A model generated the notes under the pieces. It did not search any database, was not told the DNA's origin, and worked only from the letters and a program-made list of their open reading frames with translations. Position numbers and translations under genes: made by a program. Below are positions 51,482-61,482 of a DNA stretch of 64,000 bases, in pieces. The number at the start of each line of letters is the position of its first letter. Position 1 is the first letter of the stretch. The stretch is from NCBI GenBank assembly GCA_963703225.1, contig OY969801.1:1344001-1408000 (forward strand). The letters run 5' to 3'. Source of the stretch: Candidatus Eiseniibacteriota bacterium. GTDB lineage: Bacteria; Eisenbacteria; RBG-16-71-46; SZUA-252.

Positions 51482-52863
51482 GCTTTGTCGGCCGCAGCGA
51501 CGTCGAGCGCCGCGCCATGCTCGAGACGATCGGGGCGCCGAGCCTCGAGGCGCTCTGGGCGGCCATTCCATCCGAGTTTCGGATCCAGGGGCCGCTTCCT
51601 CTCGACGCGCCGCTCGCGGAGTACGAGATCTCGCGCCGGTTCGAAGAGTGGGCGGCGCAAAACGCGGACGCGAGCCGGAACGTCTGTTTCCTGGGGGGCG
51701 GCATCTACGATCACTTCATTCCCGCCGCGCTCCGATCGATCCTCTCGCGCTCGGAGTTCGCCACGGCCTACACGCCCTACCAGCCCGAGGTATCGCAGGG
51801 CACCCTGCAGGCGATGTTCGAGTATCAGTCGATGATCCGCGAGTTGACCGGCATGGAAGTCGCGAACGCCTCCATGTACGACGGCGCGACCGCCGCGGCC
51901 GAGGCGTGTCACTTCGCCGCCGGCGCGACCGGGCGGTCCCGCGTGCTGGTCTCGGCGGGCCTTCACCCGCACTACCGCGAGGTCCTCGCAACCTATGCTT
52001 CGGCCGGCGGGTTCGAGCTGGCGGACCTCCCGCTTGGTGGAGGACGGACGTCCGCCGCTCCGATCGCGCGCTCCGGAGAAGGGTCGATCGCGGCCGTCGT
52101 CTGGGCGCAGCCGAATTTTGAGGGAATCGTCGAGGACGGAAAGGCGCTGACCGACGCGGCCCACGCCGCCGGCGCGTACTCGGTCGCGGTCGCCGATCCG
52201 GTGGCGCTCGCCGTCCTGACGCCGCCGGGGGCCGACGGTGCCGACGTCGTCGTCGGCGAAGGGCAGCCGCTCGGGGTCTCGATGAGCTACGGCGGACCGC
52301 TGGTCGGTTTCTTCGCGATCCGCAAGTCGGACGTCCGCCGCCTGCCCGGGCGCCTCGCCGGGCTCACCGTCGATCTGGACGGGAAGCGCGGCTACGTGCT
52401 CACGCTTCAGACTCGGGAGCAGCACATCCGCCGCGAGCGCGCGACCTCGAACATCTGCACCAATCAGGGTCTGATGTCGCTCGCCAACACGGTCTACCTG
52501 GCACTCCTGGGCGCGCAGGGGCTCCGCGACGTGGCGCTCCAATGCCTCGAGCGGACCCACTACCTCGCGTCGCGCCTGTCGGCCATTCCGGGCGTCTCGC
52601 TCGTGAACGGCGACGCGCCCTACTTCCGCGAGTTCGTCCTTCGGCTCCCGGGGAGCGCGGAGGGGTTCGCGAGCGCGGCGCTCGAGCGGCGGATTCTCGC
52701 CGGGATCCCGCTCGCCCGGTTCGATCGCCGCCGCGACCGCGACCTCCTGGTCGCGGTGACCGAGAAGCGGAGCAAGGAGGAGATGGATCGCTACACGGAG
52801 GTCCTCTCCCAATGGGCTCGGTCGGCGGCGAAGCCAGCCGAGGAGGCCGCGTGCCGGAATTGA
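51478..52863 (+). CDS. gcvPA: Glycine dehydrogenase subunit 1
   Basis: FLGGG.Y, TAYTPYQPEVSQG, NASMYDG, REQHIRRERATSNICTNQ. Confidence 0.94.
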   Translation: MSFVGRSDVERRAMLETIGAPSLEALWAAIPSEFRIQGPLPLDAPLAEYEISRRFEEWAAQNADASRNVCFLGGGIYDHFIPAALRSILSRSEFATAYTPYQPEVSQGTLQAMFEYQSMIRELTGMEVANASMYDGATAAAEACHFAAGATGRSRVLVSAGLHPHYREVLATYASAGGFELADLPLGGGRTSAAPIARSGEGSIAAVVWAQPNFEGIVEDGKALTDAAHAAGAYSVAVADPVALAVLTPPGADGADVVVGEGQPLGVSMSYGGPLVGFFAIRKSDVRRLPGRLAGLTVDLDGKRGYVLTLQTREQHIRRERATSNICTNQGLMSLANTVYLALLGAQGLRDVALQCLERTHYLASRLSAIPGVSLVNGDAPYFREFVLRLPGSAEGFASAALERRILAGIPLARFDRRRDRDLLVAVTEKRSKEEMDRYTEVLSQWARSAAKPAEEAACRN

Positions 52864-54324
52864 CGCTCCGGGAGCTTTCGGTCTCGGGGCACCGTGGACC
52901 TCGGCTCATGCCGCTCGACGTCCCGGCGCAGGGGGAGTCGCGACTCCTTCCGCAAGATCGTCGGCGGAGCGCGCCGCCGGCGCTGCCCGAGATCTCCGAG
53001 CCGGTCGCGGTCCGCCATTTCGTGAACCTCTCGACGCTCAACCACCACATCGACAAGGCCATCTATCCGCTCGGCTCCTGCACCATGAAGTACAACCCAA
53101 AGCTTAACGACGAAGTTGCTCGTATTCCTGGATTTGCGATGCTCCACCCCCTCCAGCCGGACGAGACGGCGCAGGGGGCGATGGCGCTCCTCTGGGAGCT
53201 CCACGAGTGGCTCAAGGCGGTGATGCAGATGCCGGCCATCACCACGCAGCCGGCGGCCGGTGCCCAGTGCGAGCTGACGGCCATCCTCATGGCCCGGGCC
53301 TTCCACAAAGATCACGGTGACGCCCGCGAGGAGGTCATCGTCCCCGACTCGGCACACGGGACCAACCCCTCGACGGTCCACCAGGTGGGCTACCGGGTGG
53401 TGACGGTCCCGTCGGGACGGGATGGCTGCGTCGACATGGACGCGCTCCGGGGGGCGATCTCCAGGAAGACCGCGGCGATGATGCTCACGAATCCCAACAC
53501 GCTGGGCATCTTCGAGCGGGACGTGGGCACGATCGCGAAATGGATTCACGAGGTGGGCGCGCTCCTCTACCTGGATGGGGCCAACCTGAACGCCATGGTC
53601 GGGCTCGCGAGCCCGGGTGCCATGGGCTTCGACTTCGCCCACATCAACCTCCACAAGACGTTCTCCACGCCGCATGGTGGGGGCGGCCCGGGGGGCGGCG
53701 TGCTCTGCGCGCGACAGGAGCTGGAGCCCTACCTCCCCCTGCCCGTGCTCGAACGCGTGGAAGGGGATCGATTCCGCTGGGCCTACGATCGGCCGCGATC
53801 GATCGGCCGGGTCCACTCGTACTACGGCAACTTCGGCATTCTGGCGAGGGCGCTCTGCTATATGCGGTCGCTCGGGGGAACGGGGATCTCGGAGGTAAGC
53901 CGCGAGGCCATCCTGAACGCGAACTACCTCAAGGCGAGACTCAAGGATGCCTACGCGCCTTCGCACGAGGGTTTCTGCATGCACGAATTCGTTCTCTCGG
54001 CGAGCCGGCAGAAGGCGCGCGGCGTCAAAGCGCTCGATGTCGCCAAGCGGCTCCTCGACTTCGGCGTGCACGCGCCCACGACCTACTTTCCCGCTGATCG
54101 TCGACGAGGCGCTGATGATCGAGCCGACCGAGACGGAGACCAAGGCGAGCCTGGACGGCTTCGCCGACGCCATGCTCACGATCGATCGGGAATCGATCGA
54201 GGATCCGGCGACGGTGAAGGCCGCGCCAACCCGGACGCCGGTCCGCCGTCTGGACGAGGCCCGGGCCGCGCGCCGGCTCACGTTGACGTGGCAGGATGTC
54301 GAGACCGATGCCGGCGGCGCGTGA
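52851..54324 (+). CDS. gcvPB: Glycine dehydrogenase subunit 2 (indel near 54090)
   Basis: [50 protein letters not shown]. Confidence 0.94.
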
Positions 54325-54757
54325 AGAGCGGTCGGACGAGGAGAGGGAGCTGACGTGGACCGCGTGGCCCGCCCGGGAGCGGCCTTTGGCCGCCGCCGTG
54401 CTGGTTCTCGCGGCGGTCGTGCTGGGCGTGCTGGTCGCGCGGGGTACCAGCGATCGGGTGCTCGGGATCGCGGCCCCCGCGTTCGTGGTGGCGTCGCTCT
54501 CGTCGTTTCTCTTTCCGACGACCTACCGACTGACCGATGAGTCGGTCGAGGTCCGGTCGCTCGGCGTCGCGCGGGCCCGGCCCTGGTCGGAGATGCGGAG
54601 AATGACGGTGGATCGGACGGGGGTCTTTCTGAGCCCCTTCGAGCGGAAGAGTTGGCTGGAGGCCTATCGCGGCGTCCGGCTTCTCTTCGGAGGAAATCGC
54701 GATCAAGTGGTGGCGTTCGTCGAAGCGCGCGTCGGGGACCGATCCAACCGCACCTGA
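54308..54757 (+). CDS. Hypothetical membrane protein (2 TM plus small beta-rich domain)
   Basis: Overlaps the gcvPB end; [10 protein letters not shown], two hydrophobic helices, [16 protein letters not shown]. Confidence 0.65.
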   Translation: MPAAREERSDEERELTWTAWPARERPLAAAVLVLAAVVLGVLVARGTSDRVLGIAAPAFVVASLSSFLFPTTYRLTDESVEVRSLGVARARPWSEMRRMTVDRTGVFLSPFERKSWLEAYRGVRLLFGGNRDQVVAFVEARVGDRSNRT

Positions 54758-54800
54758 TCGGCCGGCACCCGCCGGAGAATCGCCAGGCGCCGGCGGGACC

Positions 54801-55136
54801 TCGCTGACGCCGGAGGATGAGCGTCTTCTGGATCGCCTGGCGGAGTTCGCGGTCCGGCGCCGGATGACGGTTCCGGCGATCCTTTTCTTGGAGAGCGTGA
54901 AGCCGCTTTCCTTCGTTGGGAGCCAGGCGCTCTATTTTTTTGAGCCGATGGTCCGGGCCCTCTTTTCGGTCCCGGAATACGAGAGGTTCGCGGCGCTTGT
55001 GGAGCGGCGCGAGAACATCGAGGTGCTGCTGGTGAAGATCGAAACGCGAGACGAGAACGATCGGCGAGCGGAGCGGGAGCGCCGGACCCGGGAGCGCGAG
55101 GAGCGCGACGCCCGCAAGCGAAAGGGAACACCGTGA
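54801..55136 (+). CDS. Small hypothetical protein (start uncertain)
   Basis: Frame extends upstream of ATG 54864 (LLDRLAEFAVRRRMTVPAILFLESVKPLSFVGSQ); stop overlaps the next GTG. Confidence 0.65.
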   Translation, partial: SLTPEDERLLDRLAEFAVRRRMTVPAILFLESVKPLSFVGSQALYFFEPMVRALFSVPEYERFAALVERRENIEVLLVKIETRDENDRRAERERRTREREERDARKRKGTP

Positions 55137-56974
55137 GCATCCCGACGCCGGAATCGCTGAACTCCATCCTCGCCACCGACTGCGGGAGCACGACGACCAA
55201 GGCGATCCTGATCGAGCGCCGCGGCGACGAGTACCGCCTGATCGTCCGCGGCGAGGCGCCGACCACGGTCGAGGCGCCGTTCGAGGACGTGACGCGCGGC
55301 GTCCTGAACGCGATCATGGAGGTCGAGGAGCTGGCCGGGCGGAAGATCCTGGACGGCGAGCGGATCATCACGCCGCAGAACGGCGAACGAGGGCGTCGAC
55401 CTCTACATCTCGACCTCGAGCGCCGGCGGCGGGCTCCAGATGATGGTGTCGGGCGTGGTGAAGAGCATGACCGGGGAGAGCGCCCAGCGCGCCGCTCTGG
55501 GCGCCGGCGCGATCGTGATGGACGTGATCGCCACCAACGACGGCCGGCTGCCGCACGAGAAGATCAAGCGGCATCCGCCAGCTGCGGCCCGACATGATCC
55601 TGCTCTCCGGCGGCATCGACGGCGGGACGACGTCCGCACGTGGTCGAGATGGCCGAGCTTCTGGCCGCCGCCGACCCCAAGGCGCGCCTCGGCGCCGGCT
55701 ACGAGCTGCCGGTCATCTACGCCGGCAACAAGGACGCGCGCGGAGATCGTCGAGGAGCGCCTGGCGCAGCAAGACCGCGCTCAAGATCGTGCGACAACCT
55801 GCGGCCCGTGCTGGAGCGCGAGAACCTCACGCCCGCGCGCGACATGATCCACGAGCTGTTCATGGAGCACGTGATGGCGCACGCGCCGGGCTACAAGAAG
55901 CTGATGACCTGGTCGCCGGTGCCGATCATGCCGACGCCCGGGCGCGGTCGGGCTCATCATCGAGACGATCGCGCAGCGCGGAGAAGATCAACGTCGTCGG
56001 CGTCGACATCGGCGGCGCGACCACCGACGTGTTCTCGGTCTTCCAGGACGTCTTCAACCGCACGGTGAGCGCCAACCTCGGCATGAGCTACTCGCGTCTC
56101 GAACGTGCTGGCCGAGGCCGGGCTCGCGAACATCCTGCGCTGGGTGCCGTTCGCGATCGGACGAGGCCGACCTGCGCAACCGGATCAAGAACAAGATGAT
56201 CCGCCCGACCACGATCCCGCAGACGCTGGAGGAGCTGATCATCGAGCAGGCGATCGCGCGCGAGGCGCTGCGCCTCGCGTTCGAGCAGCACAAGCCGCTC
56301 GCGGTCGGCCTCAAGGGCGTGCAGCAGGAGCGCACGATCTCCGACACCTTCGAGCAGACCGCGAGCGGCGAGACCCTGGTCAACCTGGACCGACCTCGAC
56401 CTGCTCGTCGGCAGCGGCGGCGTGCTCTCGCACGCGCCGCGCCGGGCCCAGGCGGCGCTGATGATGCTCGACGCGTTCCTGCCCGAGGACGTCACGCGAG
56501 CTCGCGGTCGACTCGATCTTCATGATGCCGCAGCTCGGCGTGCTCTCCGACGGTGCATCCGAGAGGCGGCGACCGAGGTCTTCGAGAAGGACTGCCTGAT
56601 CCGCCTCGGCTCCAGCGTCGCGCCGGTCGGGTCCGGGCAAGGACGGCGCGACCGCACTCCGCGCGACGCTCACAGTTCGCGGACGGCCGGAAGGAAACGC
56701 TTCTCGATTCCCTACGGCGACCTGAAGCTCGTGCCCGGTTCCGGAGGGAGAGACCGTCCAGGCGGTCCTGAACCCCGAGCGAGGGTTTCGACGTGGGAGC
56801 CGGCAAGGGTAGAGAACGCACGGTCACGCTCAAGGGTGGGGTCGTCGGGGTGATCCTGGACTGCCGCGGACGCCAGCCGTTCGCGCTGCCGGAGGAACGC
56901 GCCCGGCGGTTCGCGAAGCTCGCCGCTTGGAACGAGGCGCTCGGGGTCTACCCGGCCGTCGCGAGGAGGTCTAG
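55133..56974 (+). CDS. GlmL/MutL-like (glutamate mutase L family) actin-fold ATPase; heavily frameshifted in the assembly
   Basis: ATDCGSTTTKA (phosphate 1), TSSAGGGL, LLSGGIDGG, YAGN, IMPTP, VDIGGATTDVFS (phosphate 2), RTVSANLGMSYS, VGSGGVL; about 600 aa when the frames are joined. Confidence 0.8.
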
Positions 56975-56976
56975 CC

Positions 56977-58111
56977 ATGGCCCACTCCTACACTCCGGGG
57001 CTCAAGGTCGCCGCGTTCGCGACGGTGCGCCGCGAGCGGAAGCTCCCGCTCGCGGGGACGGTTGTCGTCCAGAGGGGGCAGACGGTGGAGGCGGAAACCG
57101 TCGTCGCGCGGACGGAGCTGCCGGGCAACGTGCAGACGGTGAACGCGGCGAACATCCTCGGGATCCTGCCCGAGGACGTCCCCGAGTGTCTGGTGAAGCC
57201 GGTCGGCTCGCCCGGTCAAGAAGGGAGAGGCATTCGCCGAGAGCCGCTCCTTCTTCGGTCTGTTCCGATCCAAGTGCGTGGCGCCCACCGATGGGACGCT
57301 GGAGAGCGTCTCGACGGTCACCGGCCAGGCGATCCTCCGGGAGCCGCCGATCCCGGTCGAGGTCGACGCCTACGTCGACGGCGTGGTGGTCGACGTGCAC
57401 GAGGGGCAGGGCGTCACGGTGGAGACGCGCGGGACCTTCATCCAGGGAATCTTCGGCATCGGCGGGGAGACGTCCGGAACGCTCCACGTCGTCGGTCTCG
57501 GGTCCGGGCGAGGCACTCGTAGAGGCGAATGATCGACGAAAGCGCCAGAGGCAAGGTCCTGGTCGGCGGGTCGCACGTATCCACGAAGGTCTTGCGGCGC
57601 GCCATCCAGCTCGGTGCCAAGGCGGTGGTCGTCGGCGGATTCGACGATCACGACCTCCGCGAGTTCCTGGGCTACGACCTGGGCGTGGCGATCACGGGGA
57701 CGGAGGAGAAGGGGATCACGCTGGTCGTGACCGAAGGATTCGGCGAGATCCCGATGGCGACCCGCACGTTCGATCTCCTGAAAAGCTGCGAGGGCCGAAA
57801 GGTCTCGGTGAGCGGCGCCACGCAGATTCGCGCGGGCGTCCTGCGCCCCGAGATCATCGCGCCGAGGCTTACCGAATCGGCCCCGCGCGAGGAGCACAAA
57901 GACGACTCCGAGCATGGTGGGCCTGACGATCGGGACCACGATCCGCGTCATCCGGGAGCCCCACTTCGGCAGGCTCGGCAAGGTCGTGGCGCTGCCGCCC
58001 GAGCTGGTCGCGCTCGAGACCGAGGCCAAGGTGCGGGTTCTCGAGGTGGACTTCGGGGACGGGACGCGGACGATCCTGCCGCGGGCCAACGTGGAGATGA
58101 TCGAAACCTAG
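56977..58111 (+). CDS. Hypothetical protein with barrel-sandwich hybrid motifs and a C-terminal KOW-like motif (frameshifted)
   Basis: Joined frames 56977/57278/57529/57914: VVVQRGQTVEAETVVA; LVKPVGSPVKKGEAFA...VAPTDGTL; IQGIFGIGGE; VVTEGFG; GTTIRVIREPHFGRLGKV. Confidence 0.72.
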
Positions 58112-58136
58112 CGTCCACCCCGCCGGGAGTTGGCGC

Positions 58137-59343
58137 TTGACAGACGCCGGCGCTGACCCCTACCGTGGGGATGTTCGCCGGCCGCCGCATCACGTAGGGA
58201 GGGTTCCCGTTCGCGTGCTGGGCAAGCAGCCTGGTAGGGCCCGTGCGATCGCCGCGCTCCTCGCGTGGCTTTGTCTCGTTCCCTCCGTTTCCTCCGCGTT
58301 TCCCATTCAAGCCGAAGACACCCCCAACGATGGCGGCAATAGCGTCACGCTCTCCTGGGCCGCCCCCGGGACCGCCCCGCGGCAGTGGATGATCGTCCGG
58401 CGGGAGCGCGGGGGCTCCTTCGCGCCTCTCTTGACGATCGAGGGCGCGCTCCACACCTATCGGGACGACGGCGCTCAGACCGGGACCGTCTACGAGTACC
58501 AGCTCATCGCGCAGCCGGCTCAGCCGGAGCTCGACTCCGAGATCTCCTCGCCCATCCGGTCGGTCGCGAACTGGTTCGACAGGACCAAGCTGAACGTGCT
58601 GATCGTCTCGACGATCTTCTTTCTGCTCCTCTTCTACTACATCGCGCAGGCGGAACGGGGAACGCGCTGGGTCTTCCGGAAAATCACCGGGCCTCGACGC
58701 GATCGAGGAGGCTGTCGGGCGGGCGACCGAGATGGGCAAGGGCGTCCTCTACGTCCCGGGCGTCCAGGACATCGACGACATCCAGACGATCGCGAGCATG
58801 ATCCTGCTCTCCCGGGTCGCCAAGATGAGCGCCAAGTACGAGACCGATCTGATGGTGCCGACGAATTCTCCCGGCGTCTACACGGTGGCGGAGGAAGTGG
58901 TCAAGTCGGCCTATGCGGACGTGGGCCGCACCGACGCGTACCGGAGCGACCAGGTTCGCTACCTGACATCGGAGCAATTCGCATACGTGGCCGCGGTGAA
59001 TGGGATCATGCTCCGGGAGCGTCCGGCCGCGAACCTTCTGCTCGGCGCGTTCTTCGCGGAATCGCTCCTCCTCGCCGAGACCGGGCACGCGATCGGCGCC
59101 ATCCAGATCGCGGGGACCGCGAATGTCCACCAGATGCCGTTCTTTGTCGTGGCGTGCGATTACACGCTGATCGGGGAGGAGTACTACGCGGCGAGCGCGC
59201 TCCTTTCCAACGACTCGCGCCTCCTCGGGAGTCTCAAGTCCTCGGATACGGTCAAGATCTTCCTCATCGTGGTCATCACCCTCGGCGCGATCCTCCTGAC
59301 CTTTGGCCAGACATGGCTCGCGGAGTTCTTCGCGACCCAATGA
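58137..59343 (+). CDS. Membrane protein with an FN3-like exported domain and a DUF6754-like domain (indel near 58690)
   Basis: Signal/TM, DTPNDGG.SVTLSW...YRD...VYEY (FN3-like), TM, GLDAIEEAVGRATEMGK..., FFAESLLLAETG, IQIAGT, MPFFVVACDYTLIGEEYYAASA, C-terminal TM. Confidence 0.7.
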
Positions 59344-59353
59344 GACGCCCACG

Positions 59354-59992
59354 ATGAAGCGCGAGATTCCGGTCATCATCACCCTGGTCTCGGGCCTCTT
59401 CTGCCTGATCGGCTTTTTCGTGCCGCACCCTCTGATCCACAACCTCTACAGCGACATGCAAAACTGGGCGATCGTGGTGGTCGGCTGCACGTATGTCCTC
59501 GGCGTGGCCAATCTCCTTCGCATCAACTCGCGCCAGATCCAGCGAAAGGAGCGCGATTGGGTCTACAAGATCGTCCTCATCGCCGGGATGCTGATCACGA
59601 TGGCGGTTGGGTTCTCGGAGCTATCCAGGTACACCGAGGTCACGTCGAGGTTTCAGTGGATCTACCGCACCTTCTACTCGCCGATGGCGGCCACCATGTT
59701 CGCGCTCCTCGCTTTCTTCATCGCGTCCGCGGCGTTTCGAGCGTTCCGGATCCGGTCGATGGAGGCGCTCCTCCTGGCGATCGCGGCGTTCATCCTCATG
59801 CTGGGGCGCGTTCCCCTCGGGAACGTCATCCACCCGCTCCTCCCTCAGGCTGCTGATTGGCTGATGGAGATTCCCCAGAACGCGGCCAAGCGGGGCATCT
59901 TGATCGGGGCGGCGCTCGGGGTCATGGCCACGGGTATCCGGGTGATCCTGGGCCTGGAAAAGACGTACGGCGGTGGGGAGGGGAACGCGTGA
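59354..59992 (+). CDS. Hypothetical multi-pass membrane protein (~6 TM)
   Basis: 212 aa, hydrophobic; PMAATMFALLAFFIASAAFRAFR, MLGRVP, AAKRGILIGAALG. Confidence 0.75.
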   Translation: MKREIPVIITLVSGLFCLIGFFVPHPLIHNLYSDMQNWAIVVVGCTYVLGVANLLRINSRQIQRKERDWVYKIVLIAGMLITMAVGFSELSRYTEVTSRFQWIYRTFYSPMAATMFALLAFFIASAAFRAFRIRSMEALLLAIAAFILMLGRVPLGNVIHPLLPQAADWLMEIPQNAAKRGILIGAALGVMATGIRVILGLEKTYGGGEGNA

Positions 59993-60819
59993 AAGGGCTC
60001 GCGTCGCTTCGCGACCTGGATCGGCGCTGGATTTTCCTCGGCGTCGCCCTGCTGGTGATCCTCCCGCTTCTGTTTGGATTTCACCTGGCCCCCGTCCTGC
60101 CCAGCCACCGCGCCAAGGGATTCTTTGACGCCATCGAGCGGCTCCCCGCGGGATCGACCGTGCTCGTCGCGGGGGACTACGATCCCGGGACGGTCGCCGA
60201 GAACTACCCGATGCACCTGGCGGCGGTCCGTCATCTCATGCGGAAGGGCGTCAAGATTATCGGGATTGAGCTCTACCCGGCCGGCCCGCCGCTCGCCGAC
60301 GACGTGCTCCGCATCGCCGCCGCGGAGAATGGGAAGAAGCAGAGCGTCGACTACGTCAATCTCGGCTACAAGGTGGGTAACGAGCTGGTCATGTCCGCCA
60401 TGGGGAGTAGCATCCCGAGCACATTCCCGGTGGACAACCGCGGGATTCCCGTGGGGCAGATCCCAGTCATGAAGGGAATCGAGAACTTCCAGCAAATCAG
60501 CATGATCGTCAGCATCAGCGCGGGGTATCCGGGGACCAAGGAGTGGGTGCAGCAGGTGGTCTCGCGATTCCACGTGCCGATGGTGGCCGGGGTCACCGCG
60601 GTGAGCGCGCCCGAGTACTACCCGTACCTGCAGGCCGGGCAGCTCCAGGGATTGCTGGGCGGCATGGCGGGGGCCGCGGAGTACGAAGTACTTGTGGACC
60701 ACCGCGGGCTCGCGACGCGCGGCATGGATGCCCAATCGCTCGCTCACGTCTTCATCGCGTTCATGATCATCCTGGGCAATTTGGCGTTCCTGCCGCAGAG
60801 AAAGGCCGCCCGGAGCTAG
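59989..60819 (+). CDS. Hypothetical membrane-anchored protein with a large soluble alpha/beta domain
   Basis: GTG overlaps the upstream stop; DRRWIF TM, DYDPG..AE.YP, DYVNLGY, YPYLQAGQLQGLLGGMAGAAEYE, C-terminal TM MDAQSLAH...ILGN. Confidence 0.75.
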   Translation: MKGLASLRDLDRRWIFLGVALLVILPLLFGFHLAPVLPSHRAKGFFDAIERLPAGSTVLVAGDYDPGTVAENYPMHLAAVRHLMRKGVKIIGIELYPAGPPLADDVLRIAAAENGKKQSVDYVNLGYKVGNELVMSAMGSSIPSTFPVDNRGIPVGQIPVMKGIENFQQISMIVSISAGYPGTKEWVQQVVSRFHVPMVAGVTAVSAPEYYPYLQAGQLQGLLGGMAGAAEYEVLVDHRGLATRGMDAQSLAHVFIAFMIILGNLAFLPQRKAARS

Positions 60820-60826
60820 GCCAGCC

Positions 60827-61471
60827 ATGCACCTGAACCACGAACCAGGCATCTGGATCGCAGCCTTCCTGACCCTGGGGATCTTCAGCTTCTTGTACCG
60901 GGACAATCCGGTCTACAAGCTCTGCGAGCATCTCTTCGTGGGGGTTTCGGCGGGATACTACGTGGTCCTGACGATGATCTCGTCTGTCTGGCCCAACTTG
61001 CTGCAACCCCTCTTCGGCGATTTCGCCCACGAGCGCCACTACCTCCTCCTGATTCCGCTGGTGCTCGGCATCCTCCTCTTCTCGCGTTTCTTCCCGCGTG
61101 GGGATTGGCTTTCCCGCTGGCCCATCGCGTTCATCCTGGGCGTCTATCCGGCGCTCCGGATCACGGGCTTCGCTCAGGGTGATCTGGTGGAGCAGGTCCA
61201 CGGCACGATCCTGCCACTTTGGGTTCCTGGTGATCTTTGGACCACATTCAACAACTGGCTCCTGGTCGTCGGGCTGCTCTGCACGCTCCTCTTTTTCTTC
61301 TTCTCGAAGGAGCACAAGGGAGCGCTCGGCGGGACCGCGCGGTTGGGGATCTATTTCCTCATGGTCAGCTTTGGCGCGTCGTATGGATATACCGTCATGG
61401 CCCGCGTATCCCTTCTGATTGGCCGCGTGATGTTCCTCCTCGACAATTGGCTCGGCCTGCTCCGATTCTGA
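60827..61471 (+). CDS. Hypothetical multi-pass membrane protein (~6 TM)
   Basis: WIAAFLTLGIFSFLYRDNPVYKLCEHLFVGVSAGY...FLMVSFGASYGYTVMARVSLLIGR. Confidence 0.75.
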   Translation: MHLNHEPGIWIAAFLTLGIFSFLYRDNPVYKLCEHLFVGVSAGYYVVLTMISSVWPNLLQPLFGDFAHERHYLLLIPLVLGILLFSRFFPRGDWLSRWPIAFILGVYPALRITGFAQGDLVEQVHGTILPLWVPGDLWTTFNNWLLVVGLLCTLLFFFFSKEHKGALGGTARLGIYFLMVSFGASYGYTVMARVSLLIGRVMFLLDNWLGLLRF

Positions 61472-61482
61472 GGACGCAGCCC

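Noticed and set aside
56793..57926. Apparent read-through ORF joining the GlmL-like gene to downstream sequence
   Set aside because: An indel near 56965 bypasses the TAG at 56972-56974. The next gene has its own SD (AGGAGG) and ATG at 56977.
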